Source of the DNA: Camelus ferus
Lineage: Eukaryota
Direction of reading: 5' to 3'
Length of the DNA stretch: 64,000 bases
NCBI RefSeq assembly: GCF_009834535.1
Contig: NC_045696.1
Span: forward strand, 107,324,001-107,388,000
Shown here: positions 1-12,619 of the stretch, piece after piece
How the letters are laid out: every line of letters starts with the position of its first letter
Numbering within the stretch: the first letter of the stretch is position 1
Notes under the pieces: generated by a model
Told to the model about the DNA's origin: nothing
Seen by the model: the letters and a program-made list of their open reading frames with translations, nothing else
Database searches by the model: none
Made by a program: the position numbers and the translations under genes

Positions 1-479
1 ACTAGCCAGAAGTGATTATCTTTCACATTTTAAATTTTTCAGAGTAAAAAAGATATAATTTAAGACTGGACTTTAAATTAGCTATAAACTTTTTCCCACA
101 TGATTTGTGGACATGATTGATGGTGGTTACTCTTAGGTATTTAGCCTTAAAGTGTTACATAGGGGGGTTCTTGAGGATGAATTCTGATCTTTACAGTCAC
201 ATTACTGATTAGTAAGAAGCTTGATATTTGGCTCAAATACTTGTAGGTTATAAAATTCTTCACTCTATGAGCTTCCTGCTCTCGAGAAAAAATAATTTAC
301 TCTGAGAGTCTGAGGGACAGCAGTTTGTTAATTCTGGAATTTGATCTTGATGCTCTGACCCTCATAGTCCAGCCCTTCACTAGGGCTCACTTTTGTATTA
401 CTGTAGCAAAAGGTAACTTTTGTTTCTATAGCCAATGACTACATCTCCCAACCCTGCCAACAATCCCTCAAATGCATCT

Positions 480-1870
480 TCTTACTTTGAAGAATCAGGG
501 AAGGAATGTGGATGAATCAGTCTAAATCCATCATCATCACTGTACTTTGCTTGTGACAGGTCAGTGGTGACATCCTGTGTGGATGTGGATCACCCCCTGC
601 AGTGCTGACAGATGCACAGCAGCACCAGAACTAGATGACAGCTCATTCACTCCAGGCAAGAAGAGGTTCGGGCACACTAGGCTGAATGATAAGCTCCTCA
701 ACACGTTAGCTAGCATCAGGGATATACTTAGGTGAGAAAGGATCCTTATTCTGGGCTGAACAGCAGAAGCTACCGAAGATAATGTGGGTCAAGGCTCCTT
801 AGATGGGCTGAGATAAGCTGAAGCTGGGGATGTGGCTGACTGAGTTGGGGGTGAAGGCTGCTTAGTTGAACTATGAAAAGCAATGGATACCAGACTCCAG
901 AATGGGCCAGGCTGGGAGAAACAAGGTAGAATGTGATCTAAGTGGGCTAAGCAGAATTGCACTACTCTGGGCTATGGGAGAAGGAGAGCGAGGCTGAAGA
1001 TGTTGCTGGGCTGTGTCATTCTGGGTTACAGGGGAGGAGAAAATTACAGCTAAGGGACTTGGAGATGAGGTGAGGTAAGGAGAGAGATGATGGGATGGAT
1101 ATAGGGTAGGAGAGAAGCAGGAAGGAGAAGTAGAGAGATGCACCAAACAGGAGGCTTAGCCCAGGTTTGAGTTGGAGACTTAGCTGACAGTTCTAGGGCA
1201 GAAAGGTAGGGAAGAGATAGCCAGGGGGCTATCAGCTATGCAGGAGCTGCCAGGAGTCAACAGCTGGCTCGGGGAGGGACAAAGATTGAGAAAAAGGAAA
1301 TAATTAAATTTTTAAGAGCAGAAGGTAAAAAAGAAAGGGGTGAAAAGGGGTAGGCAGGGATGAGAGTTATTGGTCTGACTGGAGCTGGGCTAAATATTCT
1401 ATCTTGCCATCAGCTTGGAAACACTGGGTGTGTCAGTTGCTGTGTAGGCAAAATTGAAATGAGAAGCCTGTCTCCTCTATACTCAATAGCAAATGACTTT
1501 AGTAGAATCTAATGAACCATGCATACAAGGAAAGAAAAAGGTTAACTGAGGTTGAAAAAAAAAGCCTTATGCGGCAGTTTTCAAACAAGCAGGTTGACTT
1601 GGCTTGTGTGACGGTGATGATGCCTGATTTGGAGCAGAGCAATTTGTGTTGTACCATTTTAAAAATCCATTCTGGCATACTGTGATGAATGTGCTGGCTG
1701 GCAGCTAAGAACCTGCTGGAATGCAAGAGTCTTTCACCATTTATAATCGACACTTCCCCTTCCAGGAAAGAGCCTTTCTAATCTCTGAAGTAGTGGACTT
1801 ATCAATTTGCATAAAAAATGCCATTCTCAATGAACACATATTTATCATCTACCACTTACTTTCCTACTGT
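480..1870 (-). pseudogene. Possible decayed Ser/Pro-rich coding exon (or unrecognised ancient repeat)
   Basis: Acceptor-like actaattctgatttttttgtttaag| at 1870, followed by S/P/Q-rich translations broken by stops and frameshifts (ORF-track pieces 1499-1753 and 871-1146). Weak support. Confidence 0.25.
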
Positions 1871-2779
1871 CTTAAACAAAAAAATCAGAATTAGTTTGCA
1901 GTAAATCAGCACCTTTAAATTCAGGGTGAATCTGTGAAGAGAGGCAGGGAGCCATCACTAGAAGGGGGAGGGGAAGGAATAAAATGATCCTTTTCTGTTT
2001 CCATGATCTTTTTTGTTTGCATCTAAGTGGTTAAATCACCAATTAGGTTAGATGCTAATTAAATGTAAAACAGACCACAGGAGTGTTCTGATATGCTTGT
2101 TAAAGTTGTACTTATTGGTTACTTATTCTTTACCGAATTCTCATAAGAGAAGATCAAATAGCTAAGCTGAATTCAAAGAAGCCTGCCAACCCCCCAGGTC
2201 TTGTACCAGTCCCTGAACAAAAAGGAACACCCAGGACCAACAGAGTCTACTCTCAAATCCCTCAAACACTAGATATACCACCTGCTCACATTTGCCCTAT
2301 TCTTGCTGCTGTTTATCCATGAGAAAGCCAAGCCTGAAATCCCTCTTGAGGCCAAACTTATGGAAAAGCCAAACGAATTCGTTCAAAATTTTACACCCTT
2401 GATTTAATTTAATCATAACTGATTATACATACCTACACAGCACTCAATGAAATTACAACTCCATCACATCTCTCCATATATCACATTTCATTAGACTCAA
2501 CTAACATAAAGCAATTGAAAGATGGTGACCAGACTAAACCATAAGTCAAATTTTGAATGAATCTTGACAACATCTGGTTGTTTAAGTGGCATACCTAGGT
2601 TTATTTAAATCATTCCACTTCTTTTACGTCTGTTAGAGAATACACACAAAAATATAATGCTACTGCAAAGCTGAATAAAGAGTGTATAAAGTCCCGTCCT
2701 TGGCAGGGACATTATATATACAGGAAAAACACAGTGTGATCCATCTCATCAAGAGTTAATTTTACAGTAACATGTACCA

Positions 2780-3110
2780 GAATTTAAAATGTGTGAGCTT
2801 TTGACCCAGCAATGCCATTTCCAGGAATATCTCTTAAGGAGATCACTAGTAAAGTATATAAAGATGGCAAGCAAGGATATTCATCATGGCTTTCTTTATA
2901 CAATAAAAACTTAGAATTAACCTACTTGTCTTTTATTGAGGGACCTGTTAAATAAAAATATCAATGCAATATTATGCAGTTATCCAAAAACATAATGTAT
3001 ATGTATGTATATTGACATAAAAAATCTTCAAGTCACATTGCTAAGTAAAAAGAAAGGTATAAAAGAGTATTCATGATATGACTCTACTTATATAAAACAA
3101 TTTACATCTA
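2780..3110 (+). mobile_element. Old L1 (L1ME-like) 3' fragment
   Basis: ttttgacccagcaatgccatttccaggaatat... resembles a degenerate L1 ORF2 end/3'UTR. Confidence 0.65.
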
Positions 3111-4804
3111 TACTTGTGGATGGTAAAATTTCAATCATTCAATATTTTCTTCTTTTTACTTTTTTGTTTAATTTCCCATGCATTTACTTCACAATCGGGG
3201 GCGGGGGTGGGAATCAAGCTATTTTCATCAGAGGAGAAAAATTATTACTCTGTATTTTCAGTCAAACCAGAAAAGTCAGCCAAGAAGCCAAAAGTAGCTT
3301 TTATATTTCTGTGCCTTCTGTTGAAAGGAAAACTGTCGATAAACACACTATATTAAAGACAGAAACTGGATGGATGATGTCTAGAACTTGAACCAAAACA
3401 GAGGTGAAATACTACATAAACGAACGAGGATACCTTTATTATACATAGAGTTTGAAAGAATTAATTTGTTGTGCACATACGATGCATGTATTACTATATT
3501 TTCATGACAAACAAAAAAATTAATGTGGATTCCAAATGGCAGCAAAAAATATAATTATCATTGGTTTTTCTTACAAAAGTTACCACTCTATAAATCTTCA
3601 TGTTAATGTGGAAAAATCTGACCTGAACAGATGGACCTCGTGCTGTTTTCTAAAACACAGACAGATTTTTGATCTTCTGCACCAGGAAATGAAGACAGCA
3701 CTAAAACAGCACACACGATCATCCATCTCCTAGAATCTCAATTTAAGAAACTGCTAATAAAAGCAATACTTCCCTCTTTAGAAATATAGTACAGTGATAT
3801 GTTTCTCCCTTAATGGAATGAGCTCTTGATATAGTAACAAAACATAGTGGAGTATTTGTGACAATGGAGGTGCTGGCTGACTGATCACTAAACTGCACCA
3901 ATCTCACTGTGGTTCTTGGCAGGTGGCAGCATTTGGCTGCCTCCATCCTTCATTCTCCAAGTTTCTCATGGAAGGCACAGTCCTGAGGGCTGCCACTCTG
4001 CCTGGTTAAATCTTCATCTTATTAGCCCAAGGGCCTCTTTTCCTTGAGTAGCTTCACAGGAGCAGTTTCACAATAGGTACCCTTGGGCTTGAAATCCCAA
4101 TAAAGGACTCTAGGTCAAGTAATTAGAAACTTTAGTGGTTTGTTCCTGCTCTACCACTTTCTAGCTGTGTAATGTAAGGCTGTGAGAAGGCTGGTGGAGC
4201 CAGCAAGACTGCGAGTGTTCATGTAAAATAGTATTTTATAAACTGTTGTCCTCCAGAAAAAAGATATTAGTAATATGTTATAAATAATCAAGATCAAGTT
4301 CTTGGAAAGTCATTTTCATCCTTCATTAATTTAGGCAAAATGGTGATAATGAGATTATATAATATGTACATACATAAAAATATATGGCTTTATACAGTAT
4401 ATACATTGACATATATATATTTAATATAGGGTAACCATAGATCATATAATAATATATATAAAATTAAAGACCATGAGAGTTGAAAAACACTGTTCCTATG
4501 TATTTGCTCTGGGGTCACTAATTAATTCCCTCTTCCATATGACACTGTTTCAGTATCAGGAACTACTATTTTCTACCCTCCCCAGCCCAAACCTCCCACC
4601 ATGAGTTTTCCCTTTTCCAAACTGAAAATCTCCTCTTTTTCAAATTATTCCATGTGTAATAATGGTTTTCAGTCTTCTCACCATCTTAACCACTCTTCTC
4701 TGAACACATACCAGTTTCTATGAACTCTCCTATTCAGGAGATCCTGTTTCTATGAGGGCAGCCTGAGATCACACCAGCTATTCTCGCAGCCTCACACATT
4801 TATT

Positions 4805-4990
4805 TTTATTCGTTCATTCAGTCAATATTTACTGAGTACTTATAATGTAGAAGGCACTGTGCTAAGACATTATGAGAGATAAAGTTAAGAAAACATAAGC
4901 TTTCTCTTAAAGAACTTACATGTTCATTTGGGAGATAAGAAATATGGTAACGAGTACACATGACAGACACAAGTGCTATACATGTTAGAG
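4805..4990 (-). mobile_element. L2 3' end
   Basis: ttcattcagtcaatatttactgagtactta...aggcactgtgctaag is the typical L2 terminus. Confidence 0.7.
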
Positions 4991-5282
4991 GAAGGAAATT
5001 ATGCAATTAAATATGTATTTGCTTTAACATCAGAGCACTAGAGAACAGAGCAAAAGTAATGACAGTTTCAGACTAGACCTATTTTGGTTTGGGATAGCGT
5101 GAGAATTGGTAAAAAGCAGCAGGTTGGGATTTAAGCAACATTAAGAGAGAAATTTCACAATTAGGAGATTACACACAGGTTCAGAAGACACAAAGGGTTT
5201 GTATTTTTACCCTTAAGAGCTCTGATAATGGGATCAATAATCACTTATCCAGAGTGATTTACATGCAACTTTATAGAGAGGC

Positions 5283-5283
5283 A

Positions 5284-5326
<43 letters not shown>
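5283..5326. repeat. (TAAA)n microsatellite
   Basis: Seen directly. Confidence 0.95.
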
Positions 5327-5329
5327 GAC

Positions 5330-5575
5330 TACCACGTACCAGGCTTGTATCAAATGCTTTATGTGTATTATTTCACTTAATCCCAGAACAACCTCAACAA
5401 GGTATGCATCCTTATTAGACCCTCTTATATTCCAAAAAAATAAAAAAACTTAAGTGAAGATCAGCAAGGTTCAGTGACTTGCCCAAGCTTACAAAGGTGC
5501 TTATTATGGCAGCCAAACTTCAAATCCAGGCTGTCACCTCTTACCCCAACTTGAGGCCGTCAACTACTTACTACC
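5330..5575 (-). mobile_element. MIR SINE
   Basis: Degenerate MIR core (aggttcagtgacttgcccaag...ttcaaatccagg). Confidence 0.7.
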
Positions 5576-6914
5576 CAACAAAGCAATCTCTGGCAAACTC
5601 CCACCCACATCCCAACAACATTCCTGGTGAACTACTTGCAGAAGCCTCTCACTGAACAATCTGTTCCTCCTCTGGGTTCAAGAACACTTTCTACAGGGCT
5701 CTGTTATAATCCTTGACATGAAGTATCACTGTGAGTTGCATATGTAACACTAACCCCTGATAAAGTGTTACTGCTCCAAGAACAGAGATTACTTCTTTAT
5801 CTTCTTCTTGGTACCCCCAGGCCTTAGGGCAATACCAGACTTAACAAAAGCTGGGAGAATGAATGAGTCCTCTGGCATAGTTGGCCCACTTTGGAGAAAG
5901 TCACCCTTTTAACCAGAGACCTCTAATTCTGAGTCTAATTAGTCGTGGTGAGGAGCTTTGGTTGCCACAGTTCTGCAACCTAACTCTCTTCTGTCTCTTA
6001 ACTCTAAATTAAGGGAATCCAAGAAGTAATGTGAGTATCTGGCTTTAGTCCATCACGACCCTCAGCAGCCTTATATACCTTTGGGATCCTCACCACCATT
6101 TAAAACAATGGCTCAGTCAGATTTACACAGAAACCAGAGGCAAAATAAATTAGAATTCGATTACCTAATATTTCTACTTTCCTTCAAGTTTTTAAAGTAA
6201 AAGTCAGAGTTCAGTAAAGTTGCTGATATTTTGGGGTCCTAAATAAAAGGAAAGAGACACAAAGCAAGTGATTTTGATAAGTCAGGAAATGATTAAATGA
6301 AACAGGCATGTGGATTGAGTTCATATATAATTATAAATATGAAATAGTGTTAACTGCACATTATATATGCCCATTGATCATGTACAATTCTCCTACAGTG
6401 GTGACTTTAAGAGAAACCAGAGTGAATAAGTATTTAGCATGTATAATGTTATATAAGTGCCAAAAATTTTAATTATATATGTATATTAACATTTATAGGG
6501 CAAAATAAAGTTTTGGTCCACTGAAGAAAAAAAGCTCAGGGATCTCAGCTCATCTCTGAGATTCCCCTACCAAGTAGAAGGGTGTTTCCTATGTCCAGAC
6601 TAGAGGTAGATGGATGAAAAGTGAGAAAGGAGGGGCAATGGGATGAATATCAGTCTCCTTCCCACACTCAAGCCAGTGGCCAAGACACAGTGACTTTTAA
6701 AGCAACATTTTGGTTACTTAGAGAATTTATTGTTAAGGGCAGAATGACAAAAAACAGAAACAAAAACAAACTGTGTGGTGATAGAGGATACTATGCCTGA
6801 TTCTATAATCAAAATAAATGCAGGAGAAACATGAAATAAGAAGGAGGATATAGCAGTGACCCATAACATCCTGGAATTGTGACTTACCAGAGTGTTTAAG
6901 AATATCATCCCTGG

Positions 6915-9733
6915 ATCATGTGGTAGGTCTATTTTTAGTCTTTTGAGGAATCTCCATACTGTTTTCCACAAAGACTGCATGAACCTGCATTCCCACCAAC
7001 AGTGTAGGAGGGTTCCCTTTTCTCCGCACCATCTCCAGCATTTATCGTTTGTGGACTGTTGAATGATGGCCATTCTGACTGGTGTGAGGTGATACCTCAT
7101 TGTAGTTTTGATTTGCATTTCTCTGATAATTAGCGATATTGAGCATTTTTTCATGTGCCTATTGGCCATTCATACGTCTTCATTGGAGAATTGCTTGTTT
7201 AGGCCTTCTGCCCATTTTCAGATTGGGTTGTTTTTGTTTTTTTTTTTTTAACATTTTTTATTGATTTATAATCATTTTACAATGTTGTGTCAAATTCCAG
7301 TGTTCAGCACAATTTTTCAGTTATTCATGGACATATACACACTCATTGTCACATTTTTTTCTCTGTGAGTTATCATAACATTTTGTGTATATTTCCCTGT
7401 GCTATACAGTGTAGTCTATTCTACAATTTTGAAATCCCAGTCTATCCCTTCCCACCCTCCACCCCCCTGGTAACCACAAGTCTGTATTCTCTGTCTGTGA
7501 GTCTATTTCTGTCCTTTACGCTTTGTTTTTGTTTGTTTGTTTGTTTTTGTTTTTGTTTTTTAGATTCCACATATGAGCGATCTCATATGGTATTTTTCTT
7601 TCTCTTTCTGGCTTACTTCACTTAGAATGACATTCTCCAGGAGCATCCATGTTGCTGCAAATGGCATTATGTTGTCGGTTTTTATGGCTGAGTAGTATTC
7701 CATTGTATAAATATACCACATCTTCTTTATCCAGTCACCTGTTGATGGACATTTAGGCTGTTTCCGTGTTTTGGCTATTGTAAATAGTGCTGCTATGAAC
7801 ATTGGGGTGCAGGTGTCATCCTGAAGTAGATTTCCTTCTGGATACAAGCCCAGGAGTGGGATTCCTGGGTCATATGGTAAGTCTATTCCTAGTCTTTTGA
7901 GGAATCTCCACACTGTTTTCCATAGTGGCTGCACCAAACTGCATTCCCACCAGCAGTGTAGGAGGGTTCCCCTTTCTCCACAGCCTCTCCAGCATTTGTC
8001 ATTTGTGGATTTTTGAATGACGGCCATTCTGACTGGTGTGAGGTGATACCTCATTGTAGTTTTGATTTGCATTTCTCTGATAATTAATGATATTGAGCAT
8101 TTTTTCATGTGCTTTTTGATCATTTGTATGTCTTCCTTGGAGAATTGCTTGTTTAGGTCTTCTGCCCATTTTTGGATTGGGTTTTTTTTTTTTTCTTATT
8201 GAGTCGTATGAGCTGCTTATATATTCTGGAGATCAAGCCTTTGTCGGTTTCACCTGCAAAAATTTTCTCCCATTCTGTAGGTTTTCTTCTTGTTTTACTT
8301 CTGGTTTCCTTTGCTGTGCAGAAGCTTGTAAGTTTCATTAGGTCCCATTTGTTTATTCTTGCTTTTATTTCTTCTAGGAGAAAATTTTTGAGATGTATGT
8401 CAGATAATGTTTTGCCTATGTTTTCCTCTAGGAGGTTTATTGTATCTTGTCTTATGTTTAAGTCTTTAATCCATTTTGAGTTGATTTTTGTATATGGTGT
8501 AAGGGAGTGTTCTAGCTTCATTGTTTTACATGCTGCTGTCCAGTTTTCCCAACACCATTTGCTGAAGAGACTGTCTTTATTTGTTTGTTTGTTTGTTTTT
8601 ATTAAGTTGTGTGAGCTGTTTATATATTCTGGAAGTCAAGACCTTGCCAGTCTCATCATTTGCAAATATTTTCTCCCATTCCGTAGGTTGTTGTTTTGTT
8701 TTATTTATGGTTTTCTTTGCTCTGCAAAAGCTTATAAGTTTAATTAGGTCCCATCTGTTTATTTCTATTGCTTGGTTAAACTGCCGTAGGAGAACATTGC
8801 TGAGATGTATGTCAGATAATGTTTTGCCTATATTTTCTTCTAGGAGATTTATAGTGTCTTGTTGTATGTTTAAGTCTTTAAGCCATTTTGAGTTTACTTT
8901 TGTGTATAGTGTGAGGGAGTATTCTAACTTCATTTATTTACATGCAGCTGTCCAGTTTTCCCAACACCATTTGCTGAAGAGACTGTCTTTATTCCATTGT
9001 ATGTTCTTGCCTCCTTTGTCAAAGATCAATTGACCAAAAGTTTGTGGGTTCATTTCTGGGCTAACTAAAAATAGACTTACCATATGATCCAGCAATCCCA
9101 CTCCTGGGCATATATCCAGAGGGAACCTTAATTCAAAAAGACATCTGCACCCCAATATTCATAGCAACACTATATACAGGAGCCAAGACATGGAAACAAC
9201 TTAAATGTCCATCAACAGATGACTGGATAAAGAAGTTGTGGTATATTTATACAATGGAATACTACTCAGCCATAAAAAATAAAATAATGCCATTTGCAGC
9301 AACATGAAAGGCCCTGGAGAATGTCATTCTAAGTGAAGTAAGCCAGGAAGAGAAAGGAAAATACCATATGATATCACTCATATGTGGAATCAAAAAAAAA
9401 GAACTTATTTACAAAACAGAAACAGACTCATAAACAAAGAAAACAAACTTATGGTTACCAGGGGGGAAGAGGGTGGGAAAGGATAAATTAAGAGTTCAAG
9501 ATTTGCAGATACTGACTGGTATATATAAAACAGATAAACAAGTTTATACTGTATAGCACAGGGAACTATATTCAATATCTTGTAGTAGCTTACAGTGAAA
9601 AAGAATATGAAAATGAATATACGTATATTCATGTATGACCAAAGCATTGTGCTGTACACAAGAAATTGATACAACATTGTAAACTGACTATATTCCAATT
9701 TTAAAAAGAAGTAACAACAACAACAACAACAAA
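6915..9733. mobile_element. 5'-inverted (twin-primed) L1 with 17-bp TSD
   Basis: TSD AAGAATATCATCCCTGG at 6898-6914 and 9734-9750. Minus-strand ORF2 arm 6915-~9062, plus-strand ORF2 end/3'UTR/A-rich tail ~9063-9733. ORF-track peptides are the L1 ORF2p C-terminus. Confidence 0.93.
7232..8580 (-). mobile_element. Younger 5'-truncated L1 nested in the inverted arm
   Basis: Poly(T) at ~7232-7249, 3'UTR, then near-intact ORF2 C-terminus (7560-8123, 8153-8521). The host L1 resumes at ~8581 where it broke off at ~7230. Confidence 0.88.
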
Positions 9734-10080
9734 AAGAATATCATCCCTGGTACAGAGTGACCTCAGCAAGGAAAATGAGACAAGACTCTCATCACTAATG
9801 AAATGTTTAAAACTGCTTGGGGGAAAAAGAGGGCCTGGTTAGAATACAATTAATCCTATCATATTTCCTCACCTACAAATTCTAATCCCAAACCAGAAAG
9901 TTATATTTCTACTCAGGTCACCAGGAGGCAAAGACTCAAGCACCTAATAACTAGGGAGGATCTAATACCAATTATGATAACCACAAAATCTCAGATTGCT
10001 AGGTAGGCCAACAATTGCTGAGATCAGCTAGGAGATCTGAAGTGTGGATAGCAATACTACCCAACTTAAAAGTTACAGGG

Positions 10081-10225
10081 CAGGGAGGGGAAATCTAGAG
10101 GTGGGGGAGTGGGAAGTACAAACTGTTGAGTGTAAGATAGGCTATAGGGATATATTGTACAACATGGGGGATATAGCCAATATTTTGTAATAACTGTAAA
10201 TGGAGTGTAACCTTTAAAAATTGTA

Positions 10226-10276
<51 letters not shown>

Positions 10277-10283
10277 ATATTTT
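10081..10283 (+). mobile_element. Short L1 3' end with (AAAT)n tail
   Basis: L1 3'UTR terminus; near-TSD AAGTTAC(A/T)GGG at 10070-10080 and 10284-10294. Confidence 0.8.
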
Positions 10284-10839
10284 AAGTTACTGGGGAATTC
10301 AGCTATTCATTTGAATTAAAATATTGTGAAAATTAATTTTACAAGCTCCAGTTAAACCTATGTTTGATTATATTCAGCATATTTACATCTATATATATTC
10401 TCTTAACTTCAATAAGTCCTTGAAAAGACCCCAAATTATATAAAAGTATGAAAAAATATATGATTAATTAATCTGTCAAACCCCCTGCCAGTCTCCCCAA
10501 ATACTATTTTCTTATGTGACTAACTATACTAAGTCCCATTTCTAATAGCTAAAAGAGAATTGTCAGTCATACTAATTAAATGAAACTAGCATAATCATTG
10601 CCTCTCTTCAGTTTGGGTCCCTAAGCTCACAACTACCCACCTCCTGACTAGAGCTGACTGACAGGTCTATGAACACAAATAGACAAAGCCTATAAGATCC
10701 TGTTTAGAAACAGAACTGGTGACTATCTAAATATAGTGATTCTAAGTTCTAGTCCTTGGTAATTTAACTGTGCTCCTTCTCTCACTAGAGAATATTTTTA
10801 TAATCTTGGGGTGGGGATTGGGGTGGTGTTCTAAGTGTA

Positions 10840-11510
10840 ACACCAATGTCAAACATCACAAAAGGAAGACTGACAAATCTGACTCCAGGAATATTTAAAT
10901 CTTCTGTGCAAAAACGATACCAGAAAAAAAATTTAATGACAAACTAAAAACGACAATAACAACAAAGGATCAACATCTTTCATCCAAAATGGGCTTTCAA
11001 AAACTCAAGAAAATTGTGCAAAAGCTATGATTAAGTAATTCACAACAAAAGAAGAAATTCAGATAACCAACAAACATATGGAAAGAGGCACAATTTCTAT
11101 AAAAACTCACAGAAACAAGAATTAAAAGAAGAGTGAAATATCTGTTTTTACCTCTTAGGTAGGGAAAATGGAAAAGGCAGATTATCTTCAATATAATCGA
11201 GTAAAGAATCTAGAACATTGTGCACTATTGTTTGCAGAGCAAATTGTTACAAGATTTTTGGAGGGCGGACAATATGCACCAAAATGCAAAATGTGCATTC
11301 TCCCAACCCATCAATTTCACTTAGGAATTTACTTTAAGGTAATAACACCATTACACAGAGCTATATAAAAGAATGTTCAACATAACATTGTTTTTATCAT
11401 CCAAAAGGTGTAAATAATCTAAATGCACTTAAAAATTGGATATTGATTAATTCAATACTTAACATGTATCAAATGGGAAGATATCCCTATCTTATGTGAA
11501 AAAATAGAAA
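10840..11510 (+). mobile_element. Old L1 (L1ME-like) ORF2/3' fragment
   Basis: Degenerate L1 motifs (accaacaaacatatggaaaga..., acccatcaatttcacttaggaattta). Confidence 0.6.
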
Positions 11511-11547
11511 AATAGATATAATCTCATTCTATTTATGATATACCAAG

Positions 11548-11760
11548 CTTTTTAAAAAACATTCTTTTTCTTTACAATTCTCAAAAGTTTCACACACATG
11601 ATTTCATATAATCCCATAATAACTCTTCCTACCCCTATATTGTCCTTCTTGCTACCCTCTCTCTGGTGGTAACCACTACTTTGTTCTCCATATCTGTCAC
11701 TTTGCTTCTTTTTTTGTTTTATTCACTAGTTTGTTGAATTTTCTAGATATATAAGTGATA
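11548..11760 (-). mobile_element. Short L1 3'UTR insertion
   Basis: Near-TSD TATGATA(T/C)ACCAAG at 11534-11547 and 11761-11774; internal sequence is the reverse complement of an L1 3'UTR. Confidence 0.7.
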
Positions 11761-11911
11761 TATGATACACCAAGTTTAAGAGGCACATTTTTTCGCATTT
11801 CCAAAGTCAAAATGTATCTTATAATTGACATCTTACAATCACTGAAATATATATTTATTTATGAATTAAATAACCCAGAAATATTTATTCCAAACTAATA
11901 TTCATGGTTAC

Positions 11912-12274
11912 CTGTGGAGACTGGCTTACTAGAGGGCTTTTATTTTCTACCCTGGTATTGTTTCCACTTTTTTTATCATCAGCAATATTTAAAATTTCAT
12001 CTATAAAAACAATAAAATGATTCTCATTTGGCTGTTTTAAAATGTTTTTAAACCTCGGGAAGAAAATAATACAGAGGAGTTCATCAACACTAAATAACCA
12101 TTTTTTTGTATTTTGGAAAAAGTTATTTTGATCCATAATGGTTGCCAAAAACCAGTATTTGGGTTTTGTTTTTTCAAGGCATATGGCCAGCCTTATGTGA
12201 TGCACATTCTTATAAACCTCAGTAACATGAACTCCTAACTTGGCAAAAGTGGACTTTGTCATATTTTCTTTCAT
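11912..12274 (-). CDS. Candidate unannotated coding exon, 121 codons (MKENMTKSTFAKLGVHVTEV...KSPLVSQSPQ), product unknown
   Basis: Acceptor ttttttgcag|ATG at 12274, donor CAG|gtaacc at 11912, length 363 nt (multiple of 3), no stop in AT-rich non-repeat sequence, same strand as the upstream first exon. Confidence 0.45.
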
Positions 12275-12619
12275 CTGCAAAAAACACTCTAAAGAACAGC
12301 TCAATTTTTAAAAGATTGCACACTAACAGCTAAAAAATACTACAGACTAAACAGCATTTTAAGTAAAAACACTTTCATTAAGTATTTAGAAATTAAATAT
12401 ATCACATTAAAGGGTTCAAACTGAGTAACATGTTACTCTTCATAGAATGTGGGTTTAAAATAAGTAAAGTACTTCTCACAAAGCCATCTTCAATAGAAGT
12501 TTACATCTAGTAGTGAAATGAATTTAACTAAAAACGGAAGTGAGAGTATAAATCTAGAATTTAAAATGTAATCTTTATAAAATCATAAAATATAGTAGAT
12601 TATCATTAGTACAGAGGGG

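Noticed and set aside
3114..3391. Two overlapping plus-strand ORFs with an acceptor-like tattttcag
   Set aside because: Start in L1 debris, weak donor, no recognisable product; an antisense lncRNA exon cannot be supported from sequence alone.
6880..6914. Strong minus-strand donor CTG|GTAAGT next to the L1 insertion site
   Set aside because: No convincing acceptor or ORF in the reconstructed empty site; such hexamers occur by chance every few kb.
6714..9698. ORFs of 100-190 aa
   Set aside because: L1 ORF2p fragments or their antisense frames; no full-length active L1.
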